Source: Akkermansia muciniphila ATCC BAA-835
Lineage (GTDB): Bacteria > Verrucomicrobiota > Verrucomicrobiia > Verrucomicrobiales > Akkermansiaceae
DNA: 32,000 nt
Direction: 5' to 3'
Assembly (NCBI RefSeq): GCF_000020225.1
Contig: NC_010655.1
Span: 2,310,001-2,342,000, forward strand
Position numbers and translations under genes: made by a program
Shown here: piece by piece, positions 17,246 through 26,695 of the stretch
Layout: every line of letters begins with the position of its first letter
Numbering within the stretch: position 1 is the first letter of the stretch
Notes under the pieces: model-generated
What the model saw: the letters and a program-made list of their open reading frames with translations, nothing else
The model's database searches: none
What the model was told of the DNA's origin: nothing

Positions 17246-17544
17246 ATAGCGGCTTTTTCTATGTTTTAATGGGGAATAAAGTTTCGGAGCAGCTGCCGAA
17301 ATCCGCCGGGAAAGACGGACTGCGGCTTCTTGTCCATGAAAGGGTTGCTGGCTGCGTTCCCGAAAACTGGTTTGGAAACGTTCGTGTCGCCTGGTGACGC
17401 CCTTTAACCGGAAACAAGACTTCTGGCCTGTATGCCGGCAGAACCTATTTCTTTTAAGCGTGTGCGGGTAAAATACCCTGTTTTTTCCATATCGCCAGCC
17501 TTTTTGTTCTTGATTGCAGGGTAAAACCGTATTTCCTTTTTTCC

Positions 17545-18507
17545 ATGTCCCTGCCCCTTCTCGTTACCGGAACCATCGGAATTGATACCATCCTGACTCC
17601 CGGCGGCAGGGCGGACGGCGTTCTGGGAGGTTCCGTTTCCTTTGCGGCCGTGGCCGCCCTTTTGTTTGCCGACCGCGTGGATGCCGTCAGCATCATCGGA
17701 GAGGATTTTCCCGCCCATTATGAAGCGGCCCTTGAGGCCAAAGGGGTGTGCATGAAAGGAGTAGAACGCAAGAAGGGGCCTTCTTTTGCCTGGACCGGGG
17801 AATATTTTGACAATATGAACAAGCGGAGAACCGTTTGTGCCAATGATGCCGTGATGCTGGAATGGAATGTGCACGTTCCGGAGCCTTTGAGGAACCATCC
17901 GGTGCTGGTTTGCTGCTGCATGGTTCCGGCCCAGCAGCTTAAGTGCATGGAACAATGTCCGGACGCGGCGCTGGTGCTTTCCGATTCCATGGACAAGTGG
18001 CTGCGCCGCCAGCCGGAATTACTGGATGCCGTGATCAGCCGTTCCCATATCACCATGATGAATGAGGATGAGGCGAAGGAATATGCCCAGGCGTCCACCG
18101 TCATGGAAGCCGGGGAATTCCTGCTTTCCAAAGGCGCCGCATACGCAGTGGTGAAACAGGGGGAATACGGGGCCACTCTTCTGGGACGGGATGCCGGCGG
18201 GAATCTCCGGATTTTCCGTTGTCCCGCCTATCCCCTGAAAACGCTGGTGGACCCAACCGGCGCGGGGGATACGTTCCTGGGGGCTCTGGCCGGCTATTTG
18301 TCCACCCTGCCTCCCGGCCTTCCTCCGTTTGAGGAAGTGAAGAGGGGGATTGTGTACGGGACGGTGGCGGCCTCCTTCACCTGCGAGTCCTTTTCGGCAG
18401 ACGCCCTTCTTTCCATGACAAAAGAGACCTTTCGCCGCCGTCTTGAAGAGTATGCGGAGATGTGCCGACTGCCAGACATCCGGCTCTCTTCCGCAAGTGC
18501 CTGTTAA
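17545..18507 (+). CDS. PfkB-family carbohydrate kinase
   Basis: The N-terminal sugar-kinase segment is GTIGIDTI...GGSVSF and the C-terminal signature is DPTGAGDTFLGALAGYL. Confidence 0.85.
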   Translation: MSLPLLVTGTIGIDTILTPGGRADGVLGGSVSFAAVAALLFADRVDAVSIIGEDFPAHYEAALEAKGVCMKGVERKKGPSFAWTGEYFDNMNKRRTVCANDAVMLEWNVHVPEPLRNHPVLVCCCMVPAQQLKCMEQCPDAALVLSDSMDKWLRRQPELLDAVISRSHITMMNEDEAKEYAQASTVMEAGEFLLSKGAAYAVVKQGEYGATLLGRDAGGNLRIFRCPAYPLKTLVDPTGAGDTFLGALAGYLSTLPPGLPPFEEVKRGIVYGTVAASFTCESFSADALLSMTKETFRRRLEEYAEMCRLPDIRLSSASAC

Positions 18508-18625
18508 GAAGGAATCAGACCTCCTGAAAAAGAGGGGATGCCGTCTTTGATGGTTCGTTTTCCGGTTTCCGTTTATGCGGACTGTCCGGAATTTCCAGGT
18601 AAAAAAGGCCCGGACGCGGAACATG

Positions 18626-18659
18626 AAAAACCCCGGCGTGGCTTGCACGGCCGGGGTTT
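18626..18659. terminator. Candidate bidirectional intrinsic terminator between convergent pfkB-family and lpxC/fabZ genes
   Basis: AAAAACCCCGGCGTG-GCTTG-CACGGCCGGGGTTT is a GC-rich stem with one bulge. An A-tract lies upstream and a T-tract downstream. Confidence 0.5.
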
Positions 18660-18689
18660 CCGTAAAAACAGGGGATGCAGTCGGCAGGA

Positions 18690-20006
18690 TCAAGCATCCT
18701 GAAGGCCGAATTTAAGCTCGGCTTCCGAAACCACCTGGCCGTTCACCAGACAACGAGCCGTCGCCTGGCCGATGTTTCCGCGCATCTTGGTCAGTTCCGC
18801 TTCAATGATGAGCGTATCGCCGGGAACCACGACGCGGCGGAATTTAACCTTGTCCGCACTCATGAAGTAGCCGAGCTTGCTGGCATTGCCGGGCTGGCGC
18901 AGCATGACGATGGAGGCTACCTGGGCCATGGCTTCCACCTGGAGAACGCCCGGCATGACCGGATGTCCCGGGAAGTGGCCCTGGAAAAAGAGTTCATTCA
19001 TGGTCAGGTTCTTCAATCCCCGGCACTTGGTTTCTCCTTCAAAACCGATAATGCGGTCCACCATCAGGAAGGGATAGCGGTGCGGCAGAAGGCTCATCAC
19101 TTCGTTGATGTCCAGCACGGCGTCTCCGTATGGAACATTGACGGGATTGGGGGCCATCTGCTGGTTGCGGTGGTGTTCCTTTTTGAGCTTGGCCGTAAGT
19201 TCGGTGTTCGGGCCGTGGCCCGGCTTGATGGCGATGACGTGGCCCAGGATGGGTTTGCCGCACAGGGTCAGGTCTCCAATAAGGTCCATGGCCTTGTGGC
19301 GGGCAAATTCATTGATGAAACGCATGGGCTCCTTGCTCATGAGCTCCTCGCCGCGGATGACCACGGCGTTTTCCAGGCTGCCGCCCTTGATGAGGCCCTT
19401 CTCCAGCAGGGGCTTGATGTCTTCGTAGAACGTAAAAGTGCGAGCCGGGGCCAGTTCCTTTTCATACGTTTCCGGCGTGATAACCGAGTCAAAGTACTGG
19501 GTAATGCGGTTTTCCGGCCCCACGCAGGTGACGGAAACGCGGAATTGCTTGGAGGGGAGAATGGTCAGGATGGAACCGCCCTTGGTTTCAATGGTAACGG
19601 CCTCGCGCACTTCCAGATAGCGGCGCGGCACATCCAGTTCCACGATGCCGGCGCTCTTGATCAGCTCTACGTAGGGGGCTGAGGACCCGTCCCCGATGGG
19701 CGGTTCATTGGCGTCCATTTCAATGACGGCGTTGTCAATGCCCATGCCCGTGAGGGCGGAGAGAATATGTTCCACGGTATGCACTTTGACGGAACCTTCA
19801 GCCAGGCTGGTGGCGCGTTCCACAGTCTGCACCTTTTCCACGTCCGCGCTGATGAAAGGCTGGTCCGGAATGTCCACCCGGCGGAATTTAATGCCGAAGT
19901 CGGCAGGAGCCGGCTTCAGGGTCAGGGTAACGGGCTGTCCCGTATGCAAAGAGGTACCGGCCAGGGAGGCCGGAGAGCCGACAGTTCTTTGGTTTCCACA
20001 TGCCAT
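18690..20006 (-). CDS. lpxC/fabZ: Bifunctional UDP-3-O-acyl-GlcNAc deacetylase / 3-hydroxyacyl-ACP dehydratase (LpxC-FabZ fusion)
   Basis: The N-terminal LpxC part shows QRT...GxxLHTG and HTVEHILSAL. The C-terminal FabZ hot-dog part shows LPHRYPFLMVDRI and FFQGHFPGHPVMPGVL. Confidence 0.92.
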   Translation of the reverse strand: MACGNQRTVGSPASLAGTSLHTGQPVTLTLKPAPADFGIKFRRVDIPDQPFISADVEKVQTVERATSLAEGSVKVHTVEHILSALTGMGIDNAVIEMDANEPPIGDGSSAPYVELIKSAGIVELDVPRRYLEVREAVTIETKGGSILTILPSKQFRVSVTCVGPENRITQYFDSVITPETYEKELAPARTFTFYEDIKPLLEKGLIKGGSLENAVVIRGEELMSKEPMRFINEFARHKAMDLIGDLTLCGKPILGHVIAIKPGHGPNTELTAKLKKEHHRNQQMAPNPVNVPYGDAVLDINEVMSLLPHRYPFLMVDRIIGFEGETKCRGLKNLTMNELFFQGHFPGHPVMPGVLQVEAMAQVASIVMLRQPGNASKLGYFMSADKVKFRRVVVPGDTLIIEAELTKMRGNIGQATARCLVNGQVVSEAELKFGLQDA

Positions 20007-20161
20007 GCGGGGATGCTAGTGAATGAGCTTCCGTTTGGAAAGCACGAAATCACGGATTTTCCTTTAAATTCGGGGAAGAGGCGGCATTCCGGCGTGTCAT
20101 CCCGGAAAGAAGAGGATAAAGGGCGCTTGAAAAAAAGCCGCTCACCCAGTAGTGATGTTCC

Positions 20162-21073
20162 ATGCATATCACAGCAGGCCTCCGCATTTCCCGTGCGTTT
20201 ATTCTCGGCGCCGGGCTGGGTACCCGCCTGCGCCCTCTCACCGGCATTCTGCCCAAGCCGCTGATTCCCTTTTTCCATGAGCCCCTTATTCTGCATTCCA
20301 TGCGCCGATGCTACGATTGCGGCATACGGGAGTTCATCATCAACACCCACCATCTGGCGGCAGCCTGGGACAAGGTGTTCCCTGAACATTCATGGAACGG
20401 CTGCCCCGTTCATTTCAGCCATGAACCCGTGCTGCTGGATTCCGGCGGCGGCGTCAAAAAGATAGAGCCCCTGGCTTCCGCGGAAGAACCGCTGCTGGTG
20501 GTGAACGGAGACATGGCGGCCACATTTGACCTGGGCCGCCTGCTGGAGGAGCATTTGAGCCGCCGCCCTCCCGTAACGCTGGCCCTCCGCACTTCCGGAG
20601 ACAAGAAGAACGTGGGATTTGATTTTTCTTCCGGCCTGGTGACGGATATGAGGCACGCCTTGGGCCGCGACCCCGGATCCTGCCAATTCACCGGCGCGTA
20701 CTGTATGGAGCCGGAAATATTCCGACGCATCCCTTCCGGGGAAGCCGTTTCCATTATTCCCCTGTTTCTGGATTATATCCGGGAAGGATGCCTGCGCGGC
20801 ATTCTGGCGGACGACGGGTTGTGGATGGACATGGGAACACCGGAGGCCTATCTTCAAGCCCATCTGGATTTCCCATCCCCCGCTCCGCGCATCCACCCCC
20901 GGGCCAGAGTGTCCCCCCGCGCCTTTGTGGACAGCCATTGCGTGATAGGCCCCGGAGCTGCGGTAGAGGACGGTTGCCGCCTGCAAGGCTGCGTTGTCTG
21001 GCCGGGCGTATGCGTGCCTTCCGGCACTTGCGCGGAACGCCGGATTTTCTATTGTTCCCCCACCGATTACTGA
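20162..21073 (+). CDS. Sugar-1-phosphate nucleotidyltransferase family protein (NTP_transferase N-domain plus left-handed beta-helix-like C-terminus)
   Basis: ILGAGLGTRLRPLTGILPKPLIPF is the G-x-G-T-R-L nucleotide-binding signature. The C-terminal hexapeptide-like repeats read VIGPGAAVEDGCRLQGCVVWPGVCV. Substrate unknown. Confidence 0.8.
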   Translation: MHITAGLRISRAFILGAGLGTRLRPLTGILPKPLIPFFHEPLILHSMRRCYDCGIREFIINTHHLAAAWDKVFPEHSWNGCPVHFSHEPVLLDSGGGVKKIEPLASAEEPLLVVNGDMAATFDLGRLLEEHLSRRPPVTLALRTSGDKKNVGFDFSSGLVTDMRHALGRDPGSCQFTGAYCMEPEIFRRIPSGEAVSIIPLFLDYIREGCLRGILADDGLWMDMGTPEAYLQAHLDFPSPAPRIHPRARVSPRAFVDSHCVIGPGAAVEDGCRLQGCVVWPGVCVPSGTCAERRIFYCSPTDY

Positions 21074-21075
21074 CG

Positions 21076-21825
21076 ATGCTTTTTCTGCGCCTGCTTCCCC
21101 TGATATTGTGCTTTTCCGGCCTGGTTCACGCAGAACACCGCGTCTTCACCAGGAAGGACGGATTTTTGTCCATGCGGGACAAGCTGAACGTGTATTTTTT
21201 CCGTTCTGATACGCACCGCCTGCTGGTAAGGGATGAAGGGAGCGTCAAAACGCCCCGGTACGGCTCCCTGGACAAGGCCATGAGGAAAAGCCCCTGCGTG
21301 GCCGGAGTCAACGGAGGATTCTTCAGCGCAGACGCGGGGGGAACTCCCCTGGGCCTGGTCGTCCAGGACGGCAAACGGCTTTCTCCGCTGGCCACGGGGT
21401 CCTTCGCTGTTTCCGGTGTCGTTTACGAAGGAGGCAGAGACGGATTAACCCTGGTCCGCAGTTCCGTGCTGAGGCGCATGAGAAGACTGCCGGCCATGCA
21501 GGCGGCTATCCAAGGGGGGCCCTTTCTGGTGGAGAACGGCTCCGCCGTAAAAGGGCTTAACGCGCAGAAGTCCACCTACCGCACCTTCATTGCCACGGAC
21601 GGCGGCAGGAGGTGGTGCATCGGCGTTTCCTCCTCCCTGACTCTGAAGGAGCTGGCAGCCTGGCTGGCGGCTCCCGGGGCATTGGGGAATTTCCGGGTGG
21701 AAACGGCCCTGAACCTGGACGGCGGCTCTTCTTCCGCCTTCTGGTGCCATGAAACAGGCATTTCCTACCCTGCGTTCAAACAAGTCAGGAATTATCTGGG
21801 CGTAGCCCCCGTGGAACACCGGTAA
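21076..21825 (+). CDS. Secreted phosphodiester glycosidase (NAGPA/DUF2233-like) family protein
   Basis: The ATG lies 2 nt after the upstream stop. The signal peptide is MLFLRLLPLILCFSGLVHA. GVNGGFF and ALNLDGGSSSAFW are family-typical segments. Confidence 0.7.
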   Translation: MLFLRLLPLILCFSGLVHAEHRVFTRKDGFLSMRDKLNVYFFRSDTHRLLVRDEGSVKTPRYGSLDKAMRKSPCVAGVNGGFFSADAGGTPLGLVVQDGKRLSPLATGSFAVSGVVYEGGRDGLTLVRSSVLRRMRRLPAMQAAIQGGPFLVENGSAVKGLNAQKSTYRTFIATDGGRRWCIGVSSSLTLKELAAWLAAPGALGNFRVETALNLDGGSSSAFWCHETGISYPAFKQVRNYLGVAPVEHR

Positions 21826-23681
21826 ACTCCGTTCTCCACGGGGCCATGGACGCGTTTCCCTGCGCCTATCCTGCGCAGCAACAGAGCCGCGAACACCAGG
21901 AAACAAACCAGGACGGCCCAGTCGCCCAGCATGGCGTACAGGGTTATTTTCGTACAGCCCACAGGCAATGTGGCAGCCATCACCCCTCTGGTAAACGGTG
22001 AACCGGAGGAATCCCGCAAATCCGCAATAACCGCGCCGTTGGGGGCCAGAGCCACGCTTACGCCGGTATTGGCGGCACGGACCATGGCACGGCGCAGCTC
22101 AATACACCGGAACGCCGCATTGCGCCAATGCTGTTCGTTGGCGCAGGAACGGTTGAACCACCCGTCATTGGTCACGTTCACCATCAACTGGGGCTCCTGC
22201 CGGATGAAGCGGCGCACCCAGCTTCCCACAACATCTTCAAAGCAGACAAGAGGGATGACCCCCACCGTAACGGAGCTTCCGGGACGGATGGGCACGGGAA
22301 CGGGGCTGGAGGAACACCCGGGCGTATAATTCAGTCCCATGGCGGTTCCGGCGGAAGCCTCGAAGGCTTTTTCCAGAAATGGGAATGTTTTCCGCATAGG
22401 GATGTATTCGCCGAAGGGGACCAGCATGGCCTTGGCGTGCAGCCGGGCTGTGGAATAATCCCCCTCAAAGACGGTAAGACAGTTGTAAGCCCGCGCCACA
22501 CGCCCTTCATCAGACAGATAGATATCATCCGTGCCCGTCAGCAGAATAAAATTGCATATCCCGTTCCGGAGAGCCTGGACGTAATCTTCTTCCGCGCTCA
22601 GAAAGTTGACATTGTCCTGGTTGGAGAAGCGTTCTCCCGTGGCATCACGGTAAAACGTGGAAATGGGGAAGGAACTTTCCGGCCAGATTACCCAGGCCGG
22701 CATATCCAGGGAGGCTTCCGCGCCGTCTTTGACCGCCTGTTCCAGAGCGCGGTTTTGAAGATCCAGCATTCCCTGTTCCGTCATGTCCAGCAAAGCCCGG
22801 TAAATGTTCCTCCGGTTGGCCGGGTCCCATTTTTCCTTCTGGCTCAGATTCAGCTGCACGGCCATGACGGGAACGGTGAATCTGCCGTCGCCCGTGGCTT
22901 CGGCAGACTGGGCGGAGTAACGGGCCGTCCAGACCACGCCAGTGACAAACATGGTTAAAAGAACCGCCACCAGTATGAAAAAATCCCAGGGAACAGTACG
23001 CCTGCCTTCATGGATAATCATGGTTCCGGCCCGGCGGCAAACGCGCCAGAGCCAGACGGAAAAAACGGCCGGAATAAAAGCCAGCGCCGTTACTCCAAGG
23101 TATTCCGCCCACTGGGCCAGAGGATTGCCGTAAAGGGCCACGCCCAGATTGTTCCAGCCGAAGCCCGGTATCAGCCAGCCCCGCCCCCATTCCAGACATA
23201 CCCATAAAGCGGCGCCCGCCAGAGCGGCGGAGGCGCTGGGCAGTATGTCGCCCAGGGCCCAGGTTTTCCAGGCGGCCCGGCGTTCCTTTGCCGTCAGCCT
23301 CGCATCGGGCAGCGGCCGGGCGTCCGGTCGGAAGAACACTCCCATGACCAGAGCCCAGAGGCCGGGAAACAGGCCTCCGTAAAAAATCATCAGGGGAATA
23401 TAGCCCAGCGTGCTGACTTCATTGACCCACCAGAAGGAAATGCCGTAAAATACTACCCCAAACATCCAGCCATACAGGGCGTATGCCAGCATTCCCCTTT
23501 TCCCCTCCCGCCTGCGGCCGTACCACAGGGCTGTCAGCAAAGGCAGGAACCCTATCCATACGCATCCGCCCCAGTCCACCGGGATAAAGGCGCAGGCCGT
23601 CAGAATTCCGGAAAAAGCGGCCAGCAGCAGCCCTGCCCACACGGGCAGGAGACGAGGGAGGGAAGCAGGTGGGATATTCAT
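21792..23681 (-). CDS. lnt: Apolipoprotein N-acyltransferase (Lnt)
   Basis: Polytopic N-terminal membrane domain plus a CN-hydrolase domain with E (VIWPESSFP), K (KAMLVPFGEYIP) and C (PLVCFEDV). ATG 23681 (MNIPPASLPRLL...) is preferred over the track start at 23741. Confidence 0.85.
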   Translation of the reverse strand: MNIPPASLPRLLPVWAGLLLAAFSGILTACAFIPVDWGGCVWIGFLPLLTALWYGRRREGKRGMLAYALYGWMFGVVFYGISFWWVNEVSTLGYIPLMIFYGGLFPGLWALVMGVFFRPDARPLPDARLTAKERRAAWKTWALGDILPSASAALAGAALWVCLEWGRGWLIPGFGWNNLGVALYGNPLAQWAEYLGVTALAFIPAVFSVWLWRVCRRAGTMIIHEGRRTVPWDFFILVAVLLTMFVTGVVWTARYSAQSAEATGDGRFTVPVMAVQLNLSQKEKWDPANRRNIYRALLDMTEQGMLDLQNRALEQAVKDGAEASLDMPAWVIWPESSFPISTFYRDATGERFSNQDNVNFLSAEEDYVQALRNGICNFILLTGTDDIYLSDEGRVARAYNCLTVFEGDYSTARLHAKAMLVPFGEYIPMRKTFPFLEKAFEASAGTAMGLNYTPGCSSSPVPVPIRPGSSVTVGVIPLVCFEDVVGSWVRRFIRQEPQLMVNVTNDGWFNRSCANEQHWRNAAFRCIELRRAMVRAANTGVSVALAPNGAVIADLRDSSGSPFTRGVMAATLPVGCTKITLYAMLGDWAVLVCFLVFAALLLRRIGAGKRVHGPVENGVYRCSTGATPR

Positions 23682-23818
23682 CGTGAAAAGCCTTTTATTC
23701 CGGGAACGGGAATGCCGCCATTGTCCCCCATGCTGACTCATTCCTGCAACAAAAAAGATTGCAAAATTTACTCAAATGCGGAAATAGTGGGCGCAGTTCA
23801 TACAACCCATCATACACA

Positions 23819-24052
23819 ATGGCAGATATCGACGAAAAAACACCTCTAAACGTCCCCGGCAAATTTTACGTGGACAGTTCCTGCATTGACTGCGACCTTT
23901 GCCGCGAAACGGCTCCGGAAAACTTTGGACGGGATGACGATGAAGGAGTATCCTATGTCAAGAAGCAGCCGGACAACGACGAAGAGCTGAGCGCCTGTGA
24001 GGAAGCCCTGGAAGGCTGCCCCGTGGAAGCGATTGGCGACGACGGCGAATAA
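23819..24052 (+). CDS. Small ferredoxin (single-cluster type)
   Basis: 77-aa acidic protein with YVDSSCIDCDLCRETAP and a distal C in ALEGCPVEAI. ATG at 23819. Confidence 0.8.
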   Translation: MADIDEKTPLNVPGKFYVDSSCIDCDLCRETAPENFGRDDDEGVSYVKKQPDNDEELSACEEALEGCPVEAIGDDGE

Positions 24053-24077
24053 TATTTCTCCATATATTATTTTAACC

Positions 24078-24118
24078 GCCCGGGGCTGTTGGCATTCAAC
24101 GCTCCGGGCTTTTATTTT
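24078..24118 (+). terminator. Intrinsic terminator after the ferredoxin gene
   Basis: GCCCGGGGC-(14 nt)-GCTCCGGGC is a 9-bp stem with one G-U pair, followed by TTTTATTTT. Confidence 0.55.
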
Positions 24119-24123
24119 CCCCC

Positions 24124-24567
24124 ATGTCCTCCCCCTGGTTTCCCTACACGCCGGACAGAGACCGTCCGGATCCCCACGCCTCCCCCGTCCGGTATGATTA
24201 TCTTTCCCGTGACGAGCAGGAGGTGAGGCAGGCGCTGGCGGACTGGTTCCAGATATCCCCCGCCACCAGTGAAACACGTAACCTCCATACGGCGGAATCC
24301 CTGCTGGGGGATATTCTGTCCAGGCTTCCCCTGGACGGCGACGGGATGGATCCCGAATTGCTCCGGGCAGGATGGCTGAAAGCTGCGGGGCCATTCCTGG
24401 GCCAGCAATCCAACCTTCTTTCCATTGTCAAGGGAGTGGCCACCATCCAGGTGCTTCAACCAGCCATGCGCTACCATCTCCAGCAGTGGCAGGGAGCCCT
24501 GCTGGGAAAACTGAAGGACCAGTTCGGCAAGGACGCCGTTCATTCCATCCGCATAAGGATAGGATAA
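24124..24567 (+). CDS. DUF721 (DciA-like) domain protein
   Basis: The C-terminal pattern W..AAGPFLGQQS.LLSIVKGVATIQV..PAMRYHLQQ....L..L...FG...V.SIRIRIG fits the DUF721 profile as I remember it. The overlapping minus-strand ORF 24112..24624 is judged a shadow ORF. Confidence 0.6.
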   Translation: MSSPWFPYTPDRDRPDPHASPVRYDYLSRDEQEVRQALADWFQISPATSETRNLHTAESLLGDILSRLPLDGDGMDPELLRAGWLKAAGPFLGQQSNLLSIVKGVATIQVLQPAMRYHLQQWQGALLGKLKDQFGKDAVHSIRIRIG

Positions 24568-24649
24568 TTTTATACTGCGTAAAATGTTTTCTTTTGCAAT
24601 TTCCCTGTTTCTTTGAAAGATCATTCATCATCCACGTGTAATATTTGCC

Positions 24650-26644
24650 ATGCGATTATCCCTTTCCGCGCCTTTGCTGGCTTCCGGCCTGATGCTTTGT
24701 TTTACCTCCTCCCATGGAGACTGGACATCCCCGCACCCTCTCCAGCAGGAAAAAGCCGCTCCGGTCCCACTGATTCCCTTCCCGTCCCAGGTGGACTGGA
24801 AAACGGGAACATGCCCTAAAAAGGCTCCCGTTTCCGTGAAAAAAAACGCGTCCCTGTCTAAGACGCTGGGCAAGGAAGGGTATGAACTGCGGATCCGCCC
24901 CAACGGCATTCTGATTAAGGCCGCTGACGATGCGGGCGTTTTTTATGCCCGCAGAACGCTGGACCAGCTGGGAGCCAGGGGAGATTACCCGTGCTGCGAC
25001 ATCAAGGACAGCCCCGCGTTCGCCATCCGGTGCTTCATGCATGACGCAGGCCGCCATTTCCGGACTGTTGAAACACTCAAGGCGGATATTGATGAAATGG
25101 CCCGGCTGAAAATAAACGCTTTTCACTGGCATCTGACGGATTACCCCGCATGGCGCATCCAGTGCAAAAAGTACCCTGTTTTGAATGATCCCTCCAAGAG
25201 GATTCAGGGACGGGACGTTAACGGCACCTACTCCTACGACCAGATACGGGACTTATTCCGCTACGCCAGGGAGCGCCATGTCCAGATTATTCCGGAAATC
25301 GATATGCCCGGGCACAGCACCTATTTTAAAAACTGCTTTGGCTTCCCGATGCATGATCCCAGAGGCATCAACATTCTGGAAGAACTGCTGGAAGAATTTT
25401 GCAGGGAAATTCCGGCGGAAATGTCTCCCTACCTTCATATCGGAGCGGATGAAATCCGCATTCCCAACGGAAAGCAGTTTGCGGACCGGATGGCGGCCAA
25501 GGTCAAATCCCTGGGACGGCAGCCCATCCAATGGGCGGGCAACAATGACCTGCCTGTGTCCGGAGACAGTTATGCCCAGCTGTGGAATGATGAAAATTCC
25601 GTAGGCCTGCCGGATCCAGCCAGGCAGAAGAATCCCTACTTCGACTCCACGGCAGGATACGTCAATTCCTTTGACCCCGGCATTCTGGTGCGCAGGAATT
25701 TCTTCCGCCAGCCCTGCGGAACAGCCAGGGGAAACAACCATTCCCTGGGCGTCATCCAGTGTCTATGGCCGGATACCCGGGTGGAGAACAAAAAAAACAT
25801 TCCTGTCCAGAGCCCCCAGTGGCCTGCCATGTTCGCCATGGCGGAACGCAGTTGGAAAGGAATTCCAGAGGATGGTTCCCGTTTTGCCGGCAGTCTGCCG
25901 GAAAAGAACACGGAGGCTTATCAGGCCTTCTCTCTGTTTGAAAAACGCATGGAAGCCCTGGCCGGAAGCAGGCCTTTCCCTTACTGGAGGGATTCTTTCG
26001 TGGAATGGACGGTATTCGGCCCCGTTCCGCAGGACAGGCAGGAAGAAGTAAGAAATAACCTGCTGGCGGGCAAATCTCCCGCAGGACTGTCTTCCGTCCA
26101 GACGCGAGGAGGCAATTTGTATTTCCGTACCCGTGCGGGTGCGGAGGGTCTATTTTCCAAGACAAAACCGGGGAATACGGTCTGGGCGGAGACGACGTTT
26201 CACGCGCCCGTGGAGGGCACCATGCACGCTATGGTGGGGTTTGACGCTCCGGCCCGTTCCACACGGCGCTGTTCCGGAGTACCGGCTGCCGGGGAGTGGT
26301 CCCAGTGCGGCACCAGAATATGGGTAAACGGCAAGGAAATGAAAAATCCCCAGACTTACAAACTGGCAGGCCAACGGCGTTACGAAAAGCATACATGGAA
26401 TTCGCCCGCTAATGAGATACCCTTTGACAACGAGGAATTCTGGTGGGCCCGGCCTCCTGTTCCCTTTCAAGTGAAGGCCGGGGAAAACAGGATCCTGATA
26501 GAACAACCGTACACAGGAGAATTCCAGTCGTGGGGAGTCAGCTTCATTCCGGTGAAAAAAGCGGGAGACCGCTGGATTGCCGACCCAAGCTATTATGCCA
26601 AACCCAGGAGAGAGAAACAGGATGACGTCTCTCCGGTGCCATAA
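24650..26644 (+). CDS. Secreted GH20 beta-N-acetylhexosaminidase with an additional C-terminal beta-sandwich-like domain
   Basis: Signal peptide present. GH20 motifs seen: AFHWHLTDYPAWR, IPEIDMPGHS and the HIGADE catalytic D-E pair. About 250 aa follow the catalytic domain. Confidence 0.9.
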   Translation: MRLSLSAPLLASGLMLCFTSSHGDWTSPHPLQQEKAAPVPLIPFPSQVDWKTGTCPKKAPVSVKKNASLSKTLGKEGYELRIRPNGILIKAADDAGVFYARRTLDQLGARGDYPCCDIKDSPAFAIRCFMHDAGRHFRTVETLKADIDEMARLKINAFHWHLTDYPAWRIQCKKYPVLNDPSKRIQGRDVNGTYSYDQIRDLFRYARERHVQIIPEIDMPGHSTYFKNCFGFPMHDPRGINILEELLEEFCREIPAEMSPYLHIGADEIRIPNGKQFADRMAAKVKSLGRQPIQWAGNNDLPVSGDSYAQLWNDENSVGLPDPARQKNPYFDSTAGYVNSFDPGILVRRNFFRQPCGTARGNNHSLGVIQCLWPDTRVENKKNIPVQSPQWPAMFAMAERSWKGIPEDGSRFAGSLPEKNTEAYQAFSLFEKRMEALAGSRPFPYWRDSFVEWTVFGPVPQDRQEEVRNNLLAGKSPAGLSSVQTRGGNLYFRTRAGAEGLFSKTKPGNTVWAETTFHAPVEGTMHAMVGFDAPARSTRRCSGVPAAGEWSQCGTRIWVNGKEMKNPQTYKLAGQRRYEKHTWNSPANEIPFDNEEFWWARPPVPFQVKAGENRILIEQPYTGEFQSWGVSFIPVKKAGDRWIADPSYYAKPRREKQDDVSPVP

Positions 26645-26695
26645 AAGTAAACATGGAACACTCCCGGCGGAGCTTTCCGTCCGTTGTTCCAAAGG

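Noticed and set aside
17246-17544. I looked for a fluoride riboswitch (crcB motif) upstream of crcB.
   Set aside because: I read the minus strand of the whole 300-nt leader. The conserved GGnGAUGG...AAC.GC...CUGAUGAnnCCUAC elements are not there. Only a 6-bp palindromic hairpin is present (17282-17301, TTTCGG-AGCAGCTG-CCGAAA). A covariance-model scan would be decisive, but by eye it is absent.
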